Assembly (NCBI GenBank): GCA_964230645.1 | Contig: CAXRHT010000001.1 | Location: 768,001-832,000, forward strand | Direction: 5' to 3' | From: Bdellovibrionales bacterium | GTDB lineage: Bacteria > Bdellovibrionota > Bdellovibrionia > Bdellovibrionales > JAGQZY01 | Length of the DNA stretch: 64,000 nucleotides | Shown: piece after piece, positions 58,170 to 64,000 of the stretch | Position numbering within the stretch: position 1 is the first letter of the stretch | How the letters are laid out: each line of letters begins with the position of its first letter | The notes under the pieces: generated by a model | What the model was told of the DNA's origin: nothing | Databases searched by the model: none | The model's input: only the letters and a program-made list of their open reading frames with translations | Translations under genes and position numbers: made by a program

Positions 58170-58202
58170 AAAAAAACCCAGGCACTTACGGACCTGGGTT
58201 TT
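58170..58202 (-). terminator. rpsA intrinsic terminator
   Basis: AAAACCCAGG-10nt-CCTGGGTTTT. Confidence 0.8.
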
Positions 58203-58228
58203 GTATTCTCCAAATGAGAGAGGACAAC

Positions 58229-60010
58229 TTAGTTTTGGTTGTCTCCACTTTGTTGAAGATCTTTAAGTTGGTCGGCAAACAAGTCACCGATTGTGGCGTT
58301 AGGTTTCGCCGTTTTCTTTTGGTACTCAGAAACGTCCGCGTTTTGCTCACGAAGAGTGGCCAAACGAGCACTGAGTCCGACTTTACGAGCATCTTGGTCG
58401 ATACTGATAACTTCGGCTTTGATCGTGTCACCCACTTTGCAAACTTCCTCAGGAGAATTGATTCTCTTAGTGGAAAGCTCACTAATGTGAACAAGGCCTT
58501 CGATGTCTTCAGCCAGCTCTACGAACACACCAAAGTCAGCGATCTTAGTGACCTTAACTTCATGCATAGTTCCGATCTGGAATTTCTGATCAACAACAGA
58601 CCAAGGATCCGCATCGAGTTGTTTGATACCAAGACTGAATCTCTCGTTTTCAATATCAACACCGAGAACAACCGCACGAACATTGTCGCCTTTAGTGAAC
58701 ATCTCTGAAGGATGATTCACGCGCTTTGTCCAAGAGAAGTCAGAAATGTGAACCATTCCATCGATCCCTTCTTCGATTCCGATAAAGACACCAAAGTCAG
58801 TGATTGATTTAACTTCACCCTCAATGATTGTTCCTGGAGGATAAGCCTCTTTAAGCTCATTCCAAGGATTGGGTTGAAGTTGCTTCATACCCAGACTGAT
58901 TCTTCTGTTTTCTTCGTCAAGAGCAAGAACTTGCACTTCCACTTCGTCGCCAACATTGACGAGTTGTGAAGGATGCTTCACTCGTTTTGTCCAGCTCATT
59001 TCACTGACGTGAATAAGTCCTTCAACACCTTCACCAACGTCGATAAATGCACCGTACTCAGTGAGGCTCACAACTTTACCAGTGATCTGAGAACCAACAG
59101 GGAATTTTTCCGCTGTGTCTTCCCAAGGATCTTCTGTGAGCTGCTTAAGACCAAGGCTGACACGCTCTTTTTCTGTGTCATACTTAAGAACCATGACTTC
59201 GATCTCATCACCCACTTCAATCACTTCAGAAGGATGTTTGATACGAGCCCAGCTCATATCGGTGATGTGAAGAAGACCGTCGATTCCACCAAGATCGATA
59301 AAGGCTCCGTAATCGGTCACGTTTTTCACGATACCAGTTACAGTGCTTCCCTCTTTCATTTGATCTTTTGTTTGAGATCTGAGGTTTTCTCTTTCTTCTT
59401 CAAGAAGAGCACGTCTTGAAAGAACGATGTTTCCACGTTTCTTGTTAAACTTAATCACTTTGAATTTTAATTTCTTACCAATGTAGGCATCCATATTGCG
59501 CACAGGGCGAAGATCAATTTGGCTTCCTGGCAAGAAGGCTTTCACACCGATATCAACACTGAGTCCACCTTTAACCTTTGAGATTACGGTTCCTTCAATG
59601 TGTTCTTCATTTTCTGCGGCTCTAGAAATATCTGTCCAAGCGCGCATCATATCGGCTTTTTCTTTTGATAAAACAATCATTCCATTGTCGTTTTCAATTT
59701 TATCAACGTAGACTTCGACCTCGTCGCCCGGCTGGATGGCATCTGTGCCCTCAACAACGCGGAACTCACTCATAGGAATAAGGCCTTCAGATTTATAGTT
59801 AATATCAACGAGAACATAGTCTGGCTGAACTTCTACGATACTCCCCTTAACGATATCTCCGGGGCGTACTTCGTTCTCTTTCACTTCATCTTCAAAAAGT
59901 TGAGCGAACTCACCGGACTTTTTAGGGTCATCAGCTTCCTCTTCATTGAAGAGTCGAAGAATTTCTAATTCTTCCTTTTGTTTTTTGGTTAGATTGTCTT
60001 GTTTATTCAT
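58229..60010 (-). CDS. rpsA: 30S ribosomal protein S1
   Basis: Six S1 repeats (YGAFIDLGG.DGLLH..D.SW, RISLG.KQL); AAGGAGG RBS. Confidence 0.97.
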   Translation of the reverse strand: MNKQDNLTKKQKEELEILRLFNEEEADDPKKSGEFAQLFEDEVKENEVRPGDIVKGSIVEVQPDYVLVDINYKSEGLIPMSEFRVVEGTDAIQPGDEVEVYVDKIENDNGMIVLSKEKADMMRAWTDISRAAENEEHIEGTVISKVKGGLSVDIGVKAFLPGSQIDLRPVRNMDAYIGKKLKFKVIKFNKKRGNIVLSRRALLEEERENLRSQTKDQMKEGSTVTGIVKNVTDYGAFIDLGGIDGLLHITDMSWARIKHPSEVIEVGDEIEVMVLKYDTEKERVSLGLKQLTEDPWEDTAEKFPVGSQITGKVVSLTEYGAFIDVGEGVEGLIHVSEMSWTKRVKHPSQLVNVGDEVEVQVLALDEENRRISLGMKQLQPNPWNELKEAYPPGTIIEGEVKSITDFGVFIGIEEGIDGMVHISDFSWTKRVNHPSEMFTKGDNVRAVVLGVDIENERFSLGIKQLDADPWSVVDQKFQIGTMHEVKVTKIADFGVFVELAEDIEGLVHISELSTKRINSPEEVCKVGDTIKAEVISIDQDARKVGLSARLATLREQNADVSEYQKKTAKPNATIGDLFADQLKDLQQSGDNQN

Positions 60011-60172
60011 TGAAAATAGTTACCTCCTTGGCGGCAATAAAACTGAAGAAAGTCTCACTACCTAGATTTCACCTTTTATTATCCGTGCTGTCTAAAGGGG
60101 GAAAATGGCAGGGTTCATTCCCGGCGGACATGTCCCTTTATTACCACTTCAAAAAACCAAGGTGAACGTTCA

Positions 60173-60200
60173 CTTATAGAGGTTAAACGCTCAAAGTCAA
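60173..60200 (-). promoter_or_regulatory. Sigma-70-like promoter of rpsA
   Basis: TTGACT-N16-TATAAG. Confidence 0.5.
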
Positions 60201-60217
60201 AGGATTTTCTGGATTTC

Positions 60218-60880
60218 CTAGCCCCTGGAGGAGACCTGAGAATTGTAGAATTTCACCACCTCTTCGACCACCTCATCAAGGCTTAAATAAGTGGAATCGA
60301 TATGAAGGGCGCCATCGGCTTTTTTTAAGGGAGCCACCTTGCGCCGACTGTCCTGCTCGTCCCGCTTTTTTTGCATCTCAAGAGTCTCCGTCTCGGAATG
60401 ACTATCCTCTTCTGAGCGTCTCTGTGCTCGAAGCGCTGGGCTTGCAGTCAGATAGATTTTTGCAGTGGCTCCCGGAAAAACCACGGTGCCGCAATCACGG
60501 CCCTCGGCCACAAGTCCCTGATTTTGCTGGTAACAGTTTCTTTGCCTTTCAAGGAGTGCCTCGCGAACCCTGGGGATCTGACTAATCTGACTGGCCATGG
60601 CCCCCACTTTTTCTCCGGAGATCTCGGCGGTGCGGTTGCTGCTTTCAAAAAACACCTCGGTGTCCTGAGGGTTCATTTTGACTTCCCACTCCGGAGATTT
60701 TGAGAGCTCAAGAAGACTTTGCTCATCCTCTGGAGCCACCGCTTTTTCCAAAGCCACAAGTGCAAGACCGCGATAAAAGGCTCCGGTAGACACCCATTTC
60801 CACCCCAACTTTTGAGCCACAAGACGGCTAACAGAAGACTTCCCAGAGGCTGATGGCCCATCGATCGTAATTAGCTTCAT
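60218..60880 (-). CDS. cmk: Cytidylate kinase
   Basis: ITIDGPSASGKS, TGAFYR, EGRDCGTVVFP, RD..D..R..APL. Confidence 0.96.
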   Translation of the reverse strand: MKLITIDGPSASGKSSVSRLVAQKLGWKWVSTGAFYRGLALVALEKAVAPEDEQSLLELSKSPEWEVKMNPQDTEVFFESSNRTAEISGEKVGAMASQISQIPRVREALLERQRNCYQQNQGLVAEGRDCGTVVFPGATAKIYLTASPALRAQRRSEEDSHSETETLEMQKKRDEQDSRRKVAPLKKADGALHIDSTYLSLDEVVEEVVKFYNSQVSSRG

Positions 60881-61995
60881 AATGGCGCCACCTCATCAAA
60901 ACTTTTCTTAAGAATTTCGATGGCTTTTTTATTCTCTTCTTCCGTTCCCACACTCAATCGAATATGGCGAGGCAACCCGTAACCGGCCAGCGGGCGCACA
61001 AGAAGGCCCTTTTTCATATTGTGATTAAAAAAGTTTTGGCCGTCTCGAAGGCTATCAAAAAGAAGAAAGTTGGCCTGTGAGCGTATAAAAGGAATTTTTT
61101 CCTGCTCAAAGAAAGCGTAAAAACTATCAAGACCTTTCCAGACCACCTCTTGAGACCGCGTCAGATAGTCACTGTCACCAAAGGCAGCGATGGCGGCCTC
61201 TTGCGCGAGAGTGTTGACATTAAATGGGTTTCTCACTCGGTTCACCCACTGCAGGTGCTTTTGACTCCCCACTAGGGCTCCCACGCGAAGCCCTGCTAAA
61301 CCATAGACTTTACTAAAGGTCCGCATGACCAAAACATTTTCATATTTTTTAAAGTAATCAAGGCTTTCTACATAGTCATCGGCGCGAACAAATTCGTTGT
61401 AGGCTTCATCAAGAACAATCAAAAGGTCTTTGCGGCCACCCAAGCTTTCAAGAATTTTATCAATTTTTTCTTTTCCGAGATAGGTTCCCGTTGGATTATT
61501 GGGATTGGCAAGAAACAGTATTTTTTCACGGGAAGAATGATTTTTCTCAAAGTCCTCTAGGAAGGCATCAGCATCCCACTCAAAGTCGCGATTAATGGGA
61601 ATCACTTTTTTTCCAACTCTTGCGGCCTGAGCACAAATTCCGTAAGCAATGAATGATTTATCAGGAAAGATGATTTTATCCCCTGGCTCACAAAAGGTGC
61701 GGATCAAAAGATCGATGAGTTCATTGGAACCGTTTCCAATAACAATATCATCACTGCGCACCTGCCACTTTTGAGAAAGAGCCTCTCTTAAACGAAAGCA
61801 AGATGGGTCTGGATAACGCGAGAGATTCTCAGCGTGATTTTTAATCGCTTCAACCGCTTTGGGGCTTGGACCCAAAGGGTTTTCGTTACTGGCTAATTTA
61901 ATGACCTCAGATAAACCTAACTCTCTTTTTGTCTCTTCAATCGGTTTTCCAGGCTTGTAAGGTACGAGGGATTCAATCTCTGGTGACACTTGCAT
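60877..61995 (-). CDS. hisC: Histidinol-phosphate / aromatic aminotransferase
   Basis: YKPGKP, KLASNENPLG, GNGSNE, NPNNPTG, DEAY, RTFSKVYGLAGLRVG. Confidence 0.95.
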   Translation of the reverse strand: MQVSPEIESLVPYKPGKPIEETKRELGLSEVIKLASNENPLGPSPKAVEAIKNHAENLSRYPDPSCFRLREALSQKWQVRSDDIVIGNGSNELIDLLIRTFCEPGDKIIFPDKSFIAYGICAQAARVGKKVIPINRDFEWDADAFLEDFEKNHSSREKILFLANPNNPTGTYLGKEKIDKILESLGGRKDLLIVLDEAYNEFVRADDYVESLDYFKKYENVLVMRTFSKVYGLAGLRVGALVGSQKHLQWVNRVRNPFNVNTLAQEAAIAAFGDSDYLTRSQEVVWKGLDSFYAFFEQEKIPFIRSQANFLLFDSLRDGQNFFNHNMKKGLLVRPLAGYGLPRHIRLSVGTEEENKKAIEILKKSFDEVAPL

Positions 61996-61998
61996 ACA

Positions 61999-63213
61999 TT
62001 ACCTCTCGAGCATTCTTATATTGCGCTTTCTAATTCTTTCCTTAATTTGGTCAATGTGGTCAAAGCTCATTACTTCCAGTAAAAAATCAATGCGAGTTTG
62101 ACGAAGAGAGAGTTCAGGACTCACTCGGTCGTGCAGAACTTCAAGCACATTGGCTCTCATATCGGCGAAGTCATTGGTCAGAGCGGCTAGCTCTCCTGGG
62201 CGATCACCAACGATCACTGATATACGGGCCAATCTTCCCGCTTTTCTAAGACCGGTATCGATCACAGTGCTCATGGTATTGAGGTCAATATTGCCGCCAC
62301 AAAACACAATACAGCTAGGCTCTGCTAACTTCAGTTTATCATTTAGAACGGCCGCTAAGCCGGCGGCTCCAGACCCCTCAAGGATGGTTTTCTCTACTTC
62401 CATCCCATACACGATAGCTTGTGAGATTTCCTCATCGTTCACTGATACGATTTCATCGACATATTTCGAAATGTAATTTTCATACATCGCAGGACTTGGG
62501 TTTTTTACAGCAATCCCATCAGCAATTGTTGAAATAAAGGCCGGATTATTTTGTGGCTTGCCTTGCTTCATCTGCATCATTCCAGGAGCCTGATCAGAAA
62601 CCACGCCGTAAACTTTGCAATCAGGCTTTAAACTTTTAATCACAAAAGCAATTCCGCTTATAAGGCCCCCACCACCAATGGGGACGATGACCGACTTTAT
62701 GTCGGGTAAAGAATCTAATATCTCAGCCCCAATCGTCCCTTGCCCAGCAATAACTGACTTATCCTGATAAGGGTGAACAAAAACACGTCCTTCTTCTTCT
62801 GCAAGCTCTTGAGCTTTTTTAAAGGCTTCATCAAAATAGGAACCATGAAGAACCACTTCAGCGCCATATCCACGAGTAGCCTCAACTTTGATTAGAGGAG
62901 CCCCTTGAGGCATGACGATTTTACTACTGACATTAAACATGGTGGCACTCATCGCCACACCTTGCGCGTGATTTCCAGCCGAAGCGGCAATCACGCCTCT
63001 ATTTCTTTCTGCTTCAGTGAGATTGGAAATTTTATTTAAAGAACCCCGAATCTTAAAGCTGCCGGTGGTTTGCAGATTCTCCATTTTAATGTGAACGTTT
63101 TTTTCTCGAAGCTTTTTACCAAGAGCCAAATTCACAGGGGTTCTTCTCGCCACCTTCGCAATGTTTTTCTGGGCCTGCCAAACTTGCTCTAAATCAATTT
63201 GTAAATCGTTCAT
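61999..63213 (-). CDS. ilvA: Threonine ammonia-lyase with C-terminal ACT domain
   Basis: KMENLQTTGSFKIRG, SAGNHAQG, GQGT, GGGGL, GGNID, DRPG.L. Confidence 0.93.
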   Translation of the reverse strand: MNDLQIDLEQVWQAQKNIAKVARRTPVNLALGKKLREKNVHIKMENLQTTGSFKIRGSLNKISNLTEAERNRGVIAASAGNHAQGVAMSATMFNVSSKIVMPQGAPLIKVEATRGYGAEVVLHGSYFDEAFKKAQELAEEEGRVFVHPYQDKSVIAGQGTIGAEILDSLPDIKSVIVPIGGGGLISGIAFVIKSLKPDCKVYGVVSDQAPGMMQMKQGKPQNNPAFISTIADGIAVKNPSPAMYENYISKYVDEIVSVNDEEISQAIVYGMEVEKTILEGSGAAGLAAVLNDKLKLAEPSCIVFCGGNIDLNTMSTVIDTGLRKAGRLARISVIVGDRPGELAALTNDFADMRANVLEVLHDRVSPELSLRQTRIDFLLEVMSFDHIDQIKERIRKRNIRMLER

Positions 63214-64000
63214 AGAGGTGATCCTCCCCGCTTTTTAAAGCTCTTTAAACCAAAAAAGAGGAGAACAATCAAAAACAAAGCCACTGGAAACGAAATTCCA
63301 ATGGAAAATCCCATGGTTGCTGGCCAGTAGCCGACACAAAGGGCTAGAACTCCCACGATCAGGGAATAGGGTAGCTGGGTTTTAACATGGTTCAGCAAAT
63401 TACAATCCGTTGAGATGGAACTCATTATAGTTGTGTCAGAGATGGGTGAGCAGTGATCTCCCATAATCGCGCCATCTAAAATCGCGGCAAGGCTGAGGGA
63501 AACGAAAATTCCGTACTCGCCGCCGGCTAACTCCACTGCCAAAGGGGTCACTGTTGGAATGAGAATGGCCATTGTGCCCCAGCTTGTTCCCGTAGAAAAA
63601 GCGGTGAGCGCGGAAACAATAAATACCAAAATGGGGAGGTAGGTCTTCGGTATGGTCTCCCCCAGAAGCGAAACTATATATTCTCCCGCCTTTAGGTCAT
63701 CACACACCTCTTTGAGCGACCAAGCCAGAACCAAAATCACAATGGGAATCCAGGCACTTTTTATCCCAGCCACCACAGTTTCCTTGTACTCGCGCCACTT
63801 CAAGTGGGTGGAAACAAAGCCAGAGATTACTGCCATAAGGTAACAAACCATAGAAGAAACAAACAAAATAGAGATACCATTCTGAGAGGCCGTTAAAACT
63901 TTTCTCCAACTTTTCAAACTAAAAGGAGAATTCTCTGGAGACCATCCTCCTCCATCCCACCATAACGCCGCAAAAACTAAAATAAGAAGACTAATTAAGG
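63210..64000 (-). CDS. Na+/H+ antiporter NhaC-family transporter, 5'-truncated by the window edge
   Basis: FSTGTSWGT, GAIMGDHCSPISDTTIMSS, HVKTQLPY; frame open to the window end. Confidence 0.9.
   Translation of the reverse strand, partial: LISLLILVFAALWWDGGGWSPENSPFSLKSWRKVLTASQNGISILFVSSMVCYLMAVISGFVSTHLKWREYKETVVAGIKSAWIPIVILVLAWSLKEVCDDLKAGEYIVSLLGETIPKTYLPILVFIVSALTAFSTGTSWGTMAILIPTVTPLAVELAGGEYGIFVSLSLAAILDGAIMGDHCSPISDTTIMSSISTDCNLLNHVKTQLPYSLIVGVLALCVGYWPATMGFSIGISFPVALFLIVLLFFGLKSFKKRGGSPL

Noticed and set aside
55400..58210. CRISPR array or tRNA in the hairpin-rich gaps
   Set aside because: The repeats are inverted rather than regularly spaced direct repeats; no cloverleaf and no cas genes.
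57859..58217. ORFs 57859..58101, 57929..58213 and 57990..58217 sharing peptide strings such as FKIFPLKSKRPKG
   Set aside because: The shared peptides are a by-product of the 46-bp inverted repeat; no coding evidence.

Overview
A 64-kb chromosomal segment with a Bdellovibrionota (predatory bacterium) signature, inferred from the tamB-tamA order, a split ComEC, many secreted proteases and hypothetical proteins, and a 2345-aa tail-fibre-like adhesin. Core blocks are kdsA-lptF, LysM-dprA / comEC, ald-lpxC-ruvCAB, efp, tamBA, nrdR-nusB-ppsR and ilvA-hisC-cmk-rpsA. An accessory region of secreted proteins lies at about 27.5-55 kb. The most interesting item is a tightly coupled four-gene operon at 36239-40020: a small secreted acidic protein, an orphan membrane-anchored family-5 (peptide) solute-binding protein, a compact YcaO-like protein and a membrane histidine kinase. 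It has no ABC permease and no response regulator, and it is a candidate modified-peptide (RiPP-like) signalling system. Also notable are two ~170-nt long hairpin elements with REP-like neighbours (55.4 and 58.0 kb), a DnaA-box cluster between the competence genes, a probable ATT start for lptF, and sigma-28-like promoters. No rRNA, tRNA, CRISPR array, transposase or integrase was seen. All assignments come from motif recognition by eye; no database searches were run.
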